Of a stretch of DNA of 64,000 nt, positions 13,681 through 27,000 are shown one piece after another. The notes under the pieces were generated by a model. That model saw nothing but the letters and a program-made list of their open reading frames with translations. It was not told where the DNA came from and ran no database searches. The stretch spans positions 13,144,001 through 13,208,000 of the forward strand of contig OZ024750.1 of assembly GCA_964016885.1 (NCBI GenBank), read 5' to 3'. The translations under genes and the position numbers were made by a program. Positions within the stretch are counted from its first letter, which is position 1, and each line of letters starts with the position of its first letter. The stretch is from Eledone cirrhosa. Its lineage: Eukaryota.

Positions 13681-14923
13681 AAAATATTGTTTCAAATTAA
13701 TATCTCTTTTGCTTTTTCTTACAATTGTAAATAAGCTCAGTTCTTATATGACAATATGACAGTATAAGAAAATATTTAGTTTGACATCAAAGCTCATAAT
13801 GTTAAGATTGTTTTATAAAATAAACGCTATATATATGTAACCAATCTCTTGGACTTTTACAAAGCGCTGAGTGAATAAAGTTAATATAAAGAGTGGTGCA
13901 CCCATGTGTAAAGGTGATATAAAATAGCTTATGAAATAGGATGAAGACAGAGACAAAGAAAGAAGTTGCCATTGGCTACTATGAGGAATTAAACCTTGTA
14001 TCTTTCAGATACTAAAATATATTATGTAAATGAAAATGTGTGGTGGTGGTAGTGGTGATGAGGGGGTGGGTTATGACTGACAATAATGTATTTCATGAAG
14101 ATAATGATAGAATAAGATTGAATGATACTTTGTAAAATAGTATTAGAGATAAATGTCTCTAAAAAATACTAACTTTCATGATTTGATATGCAATTTTGTA
14201 AGTTTTAAATGAGTTAAGTACTGAAATGTTATGAATTATATGAAAGATGAGTAATTTTAGTAAAATACTAGTTAGGTAAGATTTAGTATATTTTGTTGTA
14301 TGTTTTGAAATATTTGAAGAAAATGAAGAGAAAGTGTGTTAATTTGTTTACCATATTGATACAAATTGTGCTTAGTTTACTTACATTCTGTAAACCATTC
14401 CATACACATTGTACCTACCTTCATTTTGTTTTATTTCTGTTATTTCATCCATAGATTTTCTCCAGTTATAAAAACAATTTTCAAAGCCACCACATTTATA
14501 AATTAATTAGTCAAAATATCTTAAGTTTCATTAATTAAACTATTCAATGATTTAAGTTATGTTTACAAAAACATTTGATAATATTCTTTTCTTAGAAAAC
14601 GGACAATTATTTAAAATTTTGTCAATGTTGATATCTGTACTATATCAAAAGAGTAAAGAATTTAATTAAATAATTTTGGATACTCTCATTCAACACAGCA
14701 GCTATTGGCTGGAGGAGACCCTGAGACAAGCCCACATCAGATAGTTCACATGTAGTGAAGTATTTTCAATACAATAATGGCACCAGCAGTGTAAGGTTAA
14801 GGAACATAACTTTAACTTTATAAAGTTAAAGCACTGAAAAGGTAAAAATAAAATTGTTATTTCCCCTTGAAGCAACTTTAGACACCTTTTGAAATGATAC
14901 TTATACTTCCTAACAGCTTAGAG

Positions 14924-15098
14924 CAGCGTTTCTCAATTTTTTACTTTTGTGGAACCCTTGAAATAGTTTTCATTTCTTAGGGAACCCCTGCATAAAATTT
15001 ATTATATACCATTATTAATATTTAAATTCATTAGCTTATTTATCACAGTTTCTCGGAGAACTCCTAAGGATCCAGGGAACTCTGGTTCTGAAACACTG
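14924..15098. mobile_element. hAT (Charlie-like) MITE
   Basis: TIRs CAGCGTTTC...GAAACACTG flanked by an exact 8-bp TSD GCTTAGAG (14916-23 and 15099-106). Confidence 0.8.
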
Positions 15099-15943
15099 GC
15101 TTAGAGAGTAACATATAAATATATTAGTTGCATGAATTATGATACCCCTTTTAGGAGTAAAAATTCCAATGTGGCTGTAGAAAATAGAGTATACAGCTAT
15201 ATAAGAAAATGTTTCATATGAAAATATATGCAATTCTTAAAATTACATACAACTTTCTTGCATAGACAACATAGATAAATTAGAAATTGTCTATATTTGT
15301 TACTATAAAGAGAATTCAATAACTTCATTTAATATTTTAAACTTTCCTTTTAATCCAAGATCAATTAAAGTAAGCTAATCGCCTTCTAAATATTGGTTTC
15401 TGATTTAGGCACAAGGCCAACAATTTAGAGGGGAGGGGGAAATCGATTAAATCAACTCCAGTATATTACTGGTACTTTATTTTGTCAACCCATAAGGATG
15501 AAAGGCAAAGCTAAGGTCAACAGGATTTGAACTTAGATCGTAAAGGGGCGTAACTATGCCATAAAGTATGTTGTCCGACGCACTAAATAATATATAAAGA
15601 AATGTAGAGAGATAGAATCCTGATCAAAAATTTATAAATACAGAATATATTAATTAAAGCTGATTGATTTATCAGCTAAAAAATTAAATGTGGTGATTTT
15701 AAAAACTGTAATTAACATATAAACAAGACTAAGCATTCAGTTCTAATGACATGTCAATTTCATTCCTTTTTTTTTTTTTCATTTTTTTTTTCACATTGAG
15801 AAAGAAAATATTCATTCATTCACTTGAAACCTAAAACAGTTGAGTAAGTAGTAAAAATTGAATTTAGATATGATATAACTTAAATATGAATTTATATAAT
15901 GATGCATATTACCATTTAACATCCATTTTCCCTACTACATATG

Positions 15944-16008
<65 letters not shown>

Positions 16009-16012
<4 letters not shown>

Positions 16013-16190
16013 ATCCCGGGTTCAAATGGGGGTAACCACAGTAAGTAAGGTGCTCAATACATAGAGCATAAATTTTTAATATAAAAATGGCTTCTGCAGG
16101 ACTAGAACAGTTTCATTCGAAGGAAATAATTAGAAAGGCTTTACTGATGATTTCATTTGAATGAAACAGTTCCAGTCCTGTAGAAGCCAT
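16009..16190. mobile_element. Penelope-like terminal fragment with inverted junction and degenerate hammerhead; second copy at ~49052-49190
   Basis: 16009-16125 is the reverse complement of ~49065-49190; 16137-16188 reads ggcttta CTGATGA ...GAAACAG...CTGTA gaagcc. Confidence 0.5.
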
Positions 16191-16218
16191 TTATATATAT
16201 ATATATATACAGAAGAGT

Positions 16219-16278
<60 letters not shown>

Positions 16279-16848
16279 ACTCTTCTGTCAGGAACACTGA
16301 ATGAACATCCAGTTGTCTGATCAACTAAAAAGCCTACTCTTTGATTTAGTCTGTAAGGTTGCTGAGTATTCCACTTAAGTATTTGCCCTTAATAATTCTG
16401 AAGTAGAATTATCATGACAGTATGACTTGACCAGACTTTTGAATTAGAGGTACAGCTCATCTAACTGAGCTATCTATCCAATTTCACTAAAACGACTGGG
16501 GTTGACTTGAGGTTATGGGAAAAAAACTCTTACCTCAGATATGCTGCGAGACCAAACCACAGGTTCTCATGAATGTGATGCCAACTTCTTCACCACATGG
16601 CCCTATTTGTTTTTACTATATTGTCTCCTTAATTTCATATATATATATATATATATAATTATTTAATAAACAACACAATATAATTATTCCATTACCCCAT
16701 GAAGGTAAACATTTCTGTTCTGTTAGAATTGTCTATCTTCATGAAACCTTGGGTAATGGAATAATGATATTGTGTTGTTTATTACATAATTAAATAGCTC
16801 TGTACTATAGATAGAGCACTCTCCTTTCCTTTTCTACAGAAATACTTA

Positions 16849-16885
<37 letters not shown>

Positions 16886-16994
16886 GTTTTGTAAAAAAAA
16901 AATTATATCAAATGTTGACAGAGCACTCAGTCTGAGGGACAAGTTGTCATATACCAAATTAGGTTAAATTCACAACATTTACATCTGTCGAATA

Positions 16995-17220
16995 TTATAC
17001 GACAAAAACAACCAGGCCCACCCTGTAATGTGGTCATGCTGGTGACACAACAAAAACTACCCAGCCCACCCTGTAATGTGGTCGTGTTGGTGACACGACA
17101 AAAACCACCCAGCCCACCCTGTAAGGTGGTCATGTTGGTGACACGATAAAAATGACCCAGTCCAACCTGTCAGTTGTTCATTTTAGTGCCATGATTATAA
17201 GCACCCAGTCCACACTGTGT
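16995..17220. repeat. 48-bp minisatellite, ~4 copies, derived from repeat family C
   Basis: tgacac at 17043, 17091 and 17139 (48 nt spacing). Confidence 0.85.
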
Positions 17221-19002
17221 TAAGAAGAGCATCCAGAAACAGTTCGGATACCAGAAACAGTTCACCTGATCTGACTTGTCTCACAACAGGACAACTCATC
17301 TAACCCATACTAGTGCTGAAAATGGATGTTAAATGGTGATAACAATGATGATAATGATATATATTAAATGGGACGAGCTGATATGTAACCATAATTCAAT
17401 ATATTCAATAAGATGGACGTTAAACGATGATGGTGATGATATATATAAATATATCTGAAGAAGTTATAATTATCATTAACTACTAATTACAAAACTGTTT
17501 TGGTTTTTCTTTTCATTCAGAAGTGTAGTTTCTGAAACTACAATCCATGTAGCTTTACTCCAAAGCAGACCATTTCACATTCTATGAAGGCAATATTGAG
17601 AAAGATAAAAATTTAGGTGCATTGCAACATCTATAGAACTACTATTACTATAGGGCAGTCAACTACATTTTAAGAGATTTAATGTAAATACTATAATCTA
17701 GACTTAAATATAAATTATGAAGTAAAATTTATAGTAATTTTTAACAGTATTTCAAATCATTTCTTCTTTCATTGTTCTTAAGATTAAGATTTTCAAATAT
17801 TTCTATTTAACAAATGCTGTATTTTTATATGGATGCCTATGTGAATCCTATATAACTGTTCAGTAGTTATTTGGGAATTTTAAGGCAATAATTCAGAGTA
17901 AATATATAAATTTTATGGAGTAGAGATAATATATCTTTGATTTGTTATCCAATCTATCCTTCTTTTTCTAAGATACTAGGGTATGATGGGAAAATGATTT
18001 GGCTGCTACTTCATTAGATTTATGAGATGAATCTTGACAAGGGAGATCAAAGATCAAAGAAAGTGCAGAGAACTATAAAGTTTCTTGACTTTGGGGTTTC
18101 TTTAATGTAGTTAGGGCAATGCTTAAAATACAAGTTTGTATTATTCATAAGGCTGGCTAAGCTGAAACCTAAGGGCCCTGTAGGGATTAGAAACCCATTC
18201 TTTTTGCCTGTGACTTAAGGCTCCAATGGTTAAAATGGGCTTGAAATAACTGAAGTTCTAGGGGTCAAGCCAAGAGTTAATATGGTCCAGTTTAAGACCT
18301 CCTTCCAACAGTGGCATGCATTTTACTTGGAATTCTTTAAATTACAAGTTCTCAGAGTTGGTACTATTATGCCTCATTGGAAAATAATATTTTGAAGTTT
18401 CATTCTGTCAAATGTTACAAAATTGTCAGATCCCATATGGAGGATACAAACGATCTCATTGACAGAAATGATGGATATCTGTTGATATTAACAATGGAGA
18501 GAGAACATAAAACTAGTGGGACAAGGAAAAGTGTGTGGATATAATTTACAGATTTGTAAATGGAATTTGGATGACTAAGAGAAAATGAATAAAGATTTAA
18601 GGAAATGAAAGATGTTCGAGAAATAGGGGCTGTCAAAACCCTCTCAATAGTAAAAGCAATGACAAAGCCTCACATCCATTCCAGATAATTAAATCCAGAT
18701 ATGAGGAACTTTTTGGCCAGCATAATCTAATTTTGTCAAAGGTTTTGCTGAGGGCAACAGTATTAATTACCATGATTTCATGGTAGAAGTATAGATGGGA
18801 TTGATTTAAAATGGATCAAAGGTGATTTTTTATATCAAAAATGAAGTTGAAGGCAAATTAAGTAAAAAAAGGAAAGAAAGATTGGATAAGCTTTTGAAAA
18901 GAGAAGGCTATGTCTAAATATCAGGGTAGGGATACTAAAATTGTTTTTAAAGACCTACCAGTGTTTTACAGCTATTTTCATTCTTGTAAGTAAAATATTG
19001 TT

Positions 19003-19044
<42 letters not shown>

Positions 19045-20789
19045 TATATAGCAATGGAGTAAACATTCAATGAGACTGATAATCATAATAATTGTTACAG
19101 ATAGATAGATGACTGCCATAAATCTACATATCTACGAAGGCAAGCATGTAATTTTTTCTGATAAATTGTCAAGCAAGTGCAAGGCAATGCAAACAGCCAG
19201 CAATTGTGCAAACATAAAGCACTACTATAAGAAATAATGACATACATTGCTAATATAAGATCTATAGTACTAAATATCATGTTAAATTAGTGTGCCATGT
19301 TAATCATTTAAGATGACATAAGAAATGGAATACATAGATACTAATGAAATTATCATTAGTTTATGGTAGTTACTACTTTAGAAGACAAATATATATACAT
19401 ATATACATGCATATAGTGTTGATAGCCAGTGAAGGAATACATAATGACTTCAGAAGTACAATGACAATAACAAATATACAAACACAACAGCTGATACAGA
19501 ACAACTCATCTCATAAGAAATAGGAGAGTGTAAGAAAACAATAATGAAATTGCCGTCAAATATATTAAATATATAGAGAAGTAAAAATATGTTTACCTGA
19601 AAGGTTTTAGAAGTACATTATAAATACATCAAATAGACTTCTACTTGAAATGTAGCACTGAAATAGTTTTCTTTAGTTGTAAATCTATGAGTAGTAGTAG
19701 TATGTTTACCTCCATTTATGAAATATCTATGGTATGTTCATGTCACATTTGTCACATTATTTTATAAACTATCAAAAGAAATCAAGTCTATTTAAGCAAC
19801 TTGTTTTCTTTTAAAAAGATATTGATATAAGCCTGCATAGTTAACAGAGACAAATTCACAATATGAAGAATACAAAAGGCAAAGTGACAATCACTGAAAG
19901 TTGGGCTGAAGAAAGAAATATCACATCATTTTCAGCCACAAATAAAAATAAGTATGATTAAAACTTTGTATTTTAGATACTACAAATAAACACAAAACAT
20001 AGTCAACAGTAAAAAATTACAAAAAAATGGAAGCAAGTACAGGACAAAATCTAGTATTTACAAAAAGCATGCACTAAACACATGCAATTACATAATCAAT
20101 GTGATTAAGAGGACTACAGGGAGATATAAGAAATATTAAACATGTATAAGTGCTCATGCATGCAAAATAAATTAAAAAGCAGGTGAACTAAAGAATGACA
20201 GTGTAATCCTGTAATGACATGCCAAGTCATATTTGAAACTATGAAAAATATCTAACATTGAATTGTTTCCTATGTTTGAAAGGCAGCTAAAGGTTAAGGT
20301 GACATTGCTTACTTTACCAAAATTTCTTTTATATTTTTCACAGAAGAATAATCATTATTATTTTAATTCAGTATAAACTATTAGTGTTATTGTTCTACGG
20401 TTTTAATATAGTTATATTATTGTTGAATTGAATATAATACTAACAATAAGTAAAGGTAACTGTATATTTATTTACCGCACCACATTTTCTAGCACTAATT
20501 CTTTAATATTATATTTTTTCCTGTTCAACATTTAATAACGAACAGAAGTAATGCCTGAAATATATTTAATAATCTCAATAAATTAATATAATTGCTTAAG
20601 GATACTATTAAGGTGCAAGAAATTTACAGAAACTAGTATTGCAGTATTGTTTTAATAAGCAACATTCACGAAAAAAAATAGTAACAAAAAAGCTTTTAAA
20701 CTAGAATATTTCTACTGCTTGAAAAAACCATGCCCTTTGCCTTCCAATCATTAGTTACTACACCACTCAATTACTTCAATATAGAAAAA

Positions 20790-22512
20790 AAGCAAAAGTT
20801 ATAAATCCAATTCATTTATTCCAATTTTCTCTATTGAACTGTACAATTGCTGCTGCATGTTTCTGATTATATTTACAAAATCTTACATACAGAGCATCAA
20901 TTAAGAAAGAATAAAACTAAGAATCAAATAATTCATTACTTTATGTTTTGACTGTCATTGTAATCAGATCACCTGCTTTTAATTAACTCAGTTATAACCC
21001 CAGTAGTTTAATTAAAAATACATTTCATTTGACTGATGTAAGCAGAAATTCAAAAACAATTATTATAATTCGAATTTGCTACTTTAAAAAAAAAAAGAGC
21101 TACATTAAATATTTTTCTAATACTTCTTGAAATAAATAACTTTAAAAAATAAAATATAAATAAAAAGAAATTTTGATAAAAATGTTAAATTTAAGCATAC
21201 TCTAAAAGACTACATAGTTATAAAGTATTATATTTAATGTTACATCAGCACTTGAATAATAAATCCAATAATAAAATTAAAAAAATAACACTATATTGGT
21301 TATATGCACAATTACCAGGCCAGCCTGTAACCTCTGATAAACATAGGCAAAGAATAAGTAAGGCAAATAAAAGTAAAAAGCTTCTTTTTTTTTCCCAAAA
21401 CAAAAATTTAGATAAGAAAAGATTTAGAATTAATGTCTAAATGCTCTCCTAAGAGAAGACCGAGCATCAAAATAAGAAATATAAAGGCAATCCCACTAAT
21501 ATTGTGTGTGTTAAACCTCTGACTACTTCCGAAAATCCTTGTAACTTAGTAATAGGAATCAACAATTAACCAATTCTTTTTGGGATAGATTTAAAGTCAG
21601 GGTTAATAAACTATCATTCTTTTAAACTGAAGAAAGAAGTAGTCATTGTTATACGAAAGATAGAGGGTCTAATGTATTTAATATTGTAAACAATGCATTA
21701 ATATATATGAAACTTTAAATAAAAGCTGTTTTTTTTTAAATTTGGGCAAATCATTGAAATAATAAATATAATAGAGAATATTGAAACAATTTAGCAATCC
21801 TCCCACGAATATATGTCCTGATGTTGTGATGTGGTAGATGTGTGTATAATGTAAATATATATATATATGGTATACATGTATCAGATTACATTGATGTTTA
21901 TATATATATATATTTATACATATATATATGGTATACATGTTTCTGATTACATTGTTATATATATGTGTGGATATATATGTATATATATATATATATATGT
22001 TTATATGGTATACATGTAAGTGATTACACTGGTATATATATGTGTGTATATATATATGTATGTGTGTATATATATGTTTATATGGTATACATGTAAGTGA
22101 TTACACTGGTATATGTGTATGTGTATATATATATATATATAGTTTTATATAATATACATATATTTTATATAAATATTATACATAATATAATTATATTATA
22201 TTTTTTTACACACATACACATTACACATGTCCCCATTACACATGTCCACACTCATACTCATGTAATGTTCTCACTAGTTCCAAAGTGTTTTCTACCTTAA
22301 GTAATTATTTTTACTGACTGGGGTAATAACTGCTCACAATTATTTTAAAAATAAAAATATGGCAAAAAAAAAAATAGAAAGAAAGAAAGAAAAATATTGT
22401 TAGCCCAATTATATTTTAACATTATTCCATGCATATCATTTTGGGGTTTTAGGCAGCAATCAGCACAGCATGTAACCAGTGGACTTTTGAGAGTTTCTTT
22501 GCTCTTTCATTA
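20790..22512 (-). other. Probable 3' UTR of the titin-like gene, with candidate poly(A) signals ATTAAA (21233-21238) and AATAAA (20815-20820)
   Basis: U-rich on the minus strand, nearly TE-free; both hexamers are followed by U-rich tracts. The true end is not determinable from sequence. Confidence 0.4.
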
Positions 22513-22793
22513 TTACTGCCATAGACAACAGAAAAAACAGCACCAAAAACAGCAACCAAAACTTAAGAGCCACGCCATGAATCGTATGAACATCATAACC
22601 ATAATCATGGCCAATAGGAAGGTCTGCATGCTGGCATCCCCAACATTTGTGGGTTCCCCACCTTCTGTTGAAGCTGCTTCAGTTGTTTCCTTCTTGGTTG
22701 TTGCTTCAGTAACTGTTTCTACAGTTTGTTGGGTGATTATTGTCGTTTCTGTTCTTTCAAGCAATGGCTTCACTTCTGCTACAGGTAATGGTT
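22513..22793 (-). CDS. Terminal coding exon: Thr/Glu-rich stalk, then a hydrophobic segment and CCxxCCxxCC tail (putative tail anchor)
   Basis: Acceptor tttgtttatttcttgctttaacag at 22794, phase 1; ORF 22513..22773; ends with tandem stops TAA TAA TGA. Confidence 0.75.
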
Positions 22794-24046
22794 CTGTTAA
22801 AGCAAGAAATAAACAAAAAAGGAATTATTTTTTGAAAAATGAATATTTTTTGAAAACTCCACCTAAATGTATCTGCATTATAAAATGGTTTAGTCATAGG
22901 AAGAAGAACAGCACCCATGACCCTTGTCCTGGGCCCCTAATACTGGCAGGAAGAAGTTTTGGGAAGGAGACCTATTTAAATGCTTCCCATAGAATGGACT
23001 TCACTGGCGGTATCTAAGCAATAAGTGGTAATGTTAAAGCAGGTAATGGATTAAGTCTATCACTCAAGACTAGGAACAATTCTCACAAACTACTGTATGA
23101 TTTATGGTAACCAAAGTGATTTTTAGCCTTTATTTAGGAATTGGGTGTTGTTTTGTGGCAAGGAATTTACCATAGAAACTTCACTCTTGGTTATACTATT
23201 GAACCTATGATGAAATGAGTTTCATTTTATATTATTTCATTTAATATCACACTTCCTAAGAACTAATCAACTAAATATAAACTGACAGTACATCCAGAAA
23301 TTGCAGGTATATGAACTGAAGGAAAATTTCACAGCCTCGGACTGCTTGATAATAAACACTGCTATACAGTGAAACAGTTGTTGGATAGCTGTTCTCTTGT
23401 AGACAAGTATACACTTAATTTTCCCAGGTGGATGTCATCCATTTACCTATCCTCCTTTTGTCATCCCTACTACATCTCAAATTTAAAGTACTGCACTAAA
23501 CATTATAGCAATGCTGCCTTTGAAGTTTAAGTTATACATCAACTACACCAACCTCACAATTTTAGAGAGACTGTTAATATTATAGATACAACCAGCCTTA
23601 CTCTTCCAAGTATAAAAATTTGAAAAAATGAGATTTTACAATAAATGCCAGCAGCTTGATTAGTTTAAGTCTAATTGACTAAAAACAGAGGCCTTCCTGA
23701 ATTCCTTCATAATTGATATTAAGTAAAACAAACTTTCTGTATTTGAACCATGTCTAATCCATAGATGTAAACAATAAATAGAGATTGTGATTTGGTTAAA
23801 TGTTAGTAGGAAATTTATTTTCATTCTATCATCATCATTATACATTTTTTTTCCATGCTTGCATAGGTTGGACTATATATATATATATATATATATATAG
23901 TAATAATAAATGTGAAGACTAAAATCCAAAGAGGGCTCAATAAGTATTATATATATATAAATATATATAAAAACCCATAGAGCAAATATTTATTAAAATA
24001 ACAAATTAAAGTTTAAGCGATTCTTTGCTTAAACTTTCATCTGTTA

Positions 24047-24099
<53 letters not shown>

Positions 24100-27000
24100 C
24101 ACTTCATAGCTATCACTAATTTAAACTACATTAAATTGAAATTTTAAACTCAAATTATTTTAACTTTAATTAATGTGATAGCTCAAATTGTACACTGAGT
24201 CAATCAAAATATATACACTAATTATAAAACACATTTTAAAATGTGAAATCAAAACAATATTTTAATATTGTGTTATTTATTAATAAACACTTCAATTTAA
24301 AATAAATAAAACATATTTCCAGTTTTAGTTTTGTTTTATTACCTGGTCTTATAGGTGCTCCATGGCTGCTAACATCAATGTTAATTTCAAACTTATGGAA
24401 CTCCTGTTTAATTTCCATCTTCTCCTGTTCACTAACGACAGCTCGTTGTGTTTCAAATTCATGAAAACTGATTGCTTGTGCTAAAAGTAGAACAAAATAA
24501 ATATTTGAAAATAATTGTTATGAAACAAATGTGTATTTTTATAAGCTAAACTTAAACTATATACACAAAACACTAACCAAATTGAACAAATGTAAATAAA
24601 TAAAGTATTTATATTATTTTCTATGTCTAATAAACATTTAGAAAATAAATAGATTTATAATTAAAATATGAGATCAATATTATTATTAATCATTTTTTAT
24701 CTAATTCTACTAATATGTAATTCTTTGTATTGCAATTACATCTCTCATAATAGAAGTTTTGAAACAAAGTTCAAAAGACATCAGAATCTACAAGGAAAAT
24801 ATTCATTATGTTATATATGTACGGCGGTGGATTGGCAGTATCGGCAGAGAGTCAGACGCCATGCTTTCCAGTATAGTTACGTCCCTTTATGGTCTGAGTT
24901 CAAATCCCGCCGAGGTTAACTTTGCCTTTCATCCTTACGGGGTCGGTAAAATAAAGTACCAGTAATGTACTGGGTAATTGGTGGCCTTGTGCCAAAAGTA
25001 GAAACAATTATGTTATATATGTATTACTAATGATATTAGTACAAATGTAACTATCAATAAAAACTAAAGACAACATAAAATGCTTGACATTTACAGAACA
25101 ATGAGACATACATGTTAGATTAAATTTTACAACTTCCTTTGCCAAATTATTTGCATGTATCAAATCTTTAAAAGTATGTTGAATAATTATCTTAATGGAA
25201 AATATTTTTTATATTACAAATTATATTGTCAGGGGTTTTATTTTTAGTTTATTATTAATAGTGGATTGACAGTATCGGTAGAGGGTCAGGCACCATGCTT
25301 TGAAGCATGGAGTTACCTCCCTTTATGATCTGAGTTCAAATCCCGCCGAGGTTAACTTTGCGTTTCATTCTTACGGGGTCGATAAAATAAAGTACCAGTA
25401 ATGCACTGGGATAATTGCTGGCCTTGTGCCAAAAGTAGAAACAATTATTAATAAGGAGGAGTGATGTTCCATCATATCTCCCTTGCTGTCCTCTGGGGAC
25501 ATTTCTCCATTCTGTAGGCCAAGACCCTGGGGTAGAGGGTAAGTTAGTTGGAAGTGGAGGATACTCATTCGGACATCACTTTCACTCATATTATAAAAAT
25601 AAAGAATTCTATAGCTGGGGGAGTAGATTTTAATAATTTTGGAAGGTATTTTTGGCAAAGAAAGTTTTATACATCAATTTGTCTTATGTTAGACAACATT
25701 ATAATTAACACCCATTCTTGTTTTCCAATCAAGGCAGATCCTGGTAAAATTCATAATTGTTAATTAAGTTTATAAAAGAAAATGAAATAATATTTTAATA
25801 TGGTTCTATAGTCCTCTCTTGTTACACACACACACTTACATACATATATACATACATACATACACACACACACACAGTTTGGTATTCTGAAGAAATATTT
25901 CATGAATTAGAGTAATGAGTACTGTAAAATATTGAAATAATTTAGTTTTAATTAAATCACAATATAATTGGTATATATAATATGTATATATAATGTTTTC
26001 ATTTGTATATATAATTTGTGTATATAATAACTGTTATAAGAATTATGTGCATGTTGACATGACTGAGTGACTAAGAAGTGTGCCTCAGTTGTGAGGACCT
26101 GGGGTAGACCCTACTGTGGGGCATTTTGAGTAAGTTTCTTTTACCATAACTTCAGGTTGACCTAAGTCTTGTAGGTGAAACTTGGTAGACAGAAACTGTG
26201 TGGAAGCCTGTCAAAAAGTCTAGCCTTGCCACATACTTTGTTATACTGGATTCAGCCTAGGAATTAGATTAAGTGTAGCTGTGTTTGTGATATACTCAGC
26301 CACTTACACAATTTATTAAACAATTAAATGTTTATCACTGAAACTGATGGGAAAATCCATCATCATCATCTTAATTTATATAATATATATGTATGTGTAA
26401 GTGATCAATAACTATATCATAACCTGAAGCATTAACTTAAATCTTCCTTCAAAATGTGACTAGCCTACATAAAATTGGTCAAATGTTACCTCTATAATCC
26501 AATAAGTTTTAGAATGCCCTTCACTATTTATTATACTATATATTGCTTATAAACTAAACATGCACAAATTTTGATAACTTAGGCAAGTTATTGGATACAT
26601 ATTTTCTTGAGTTTTAGTCCTATGGTAAATAAATGGAATGAAAATTATATTTATTTTAATGCTATTTAGAAAATATTCTGAAATTGTGAACATTCTATTT
26701 ATTCATTAATTAAATCTTAATTTAGTAAAATTTAGGAAACAAGAGAATAAAACAATATATTTTTTAATTCTTACCAAATTGTTTGAGTATTTTTAGTTGC
26801 TATACATTGTGAAAAAGACTTATCATTAGCATTGAAAAAGAACACGGAAATAGATTAGCAAGCATTAAATTGTGCGCAGATGAATTACAACTTAACACAG
26901 AAGCAACAGCGCATGTACGCAATATTCAAAGACAAAAGCTGAAAAGTAACAATGACAACAAAAGTGATATGCATATCTTTTTTTTTAAATTATAATATTT

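Noticed and set aside
18000-18970. Higher-complexity stretch, possibly an old LINE fragment
   Set aside because: No recognisable RT or endonuclease motif could be read; left unannotated.
19597-19657. Exon-like unit with CAG acceptor and GTAAAC donor
   Set aside because: Stops in all three frames.
21860-22130. CRISPR-like repeat-spacer pattern
   Set aside because: Eukaryotic context, microsatellite spacers, no cas genes.
22397-23017. 206-aa plus-strand ORF
   Set aside because: Antisense to the terminal exon; TTG start, no splice or domain support.
26775-26799. Candidate micro-exon (TAG...GTAAGA)
   Set aside because: 25 nt; breaks the phase-1 frame and no compensating exon was found. The same applies to a 14-nt candidate at 39895-39908.
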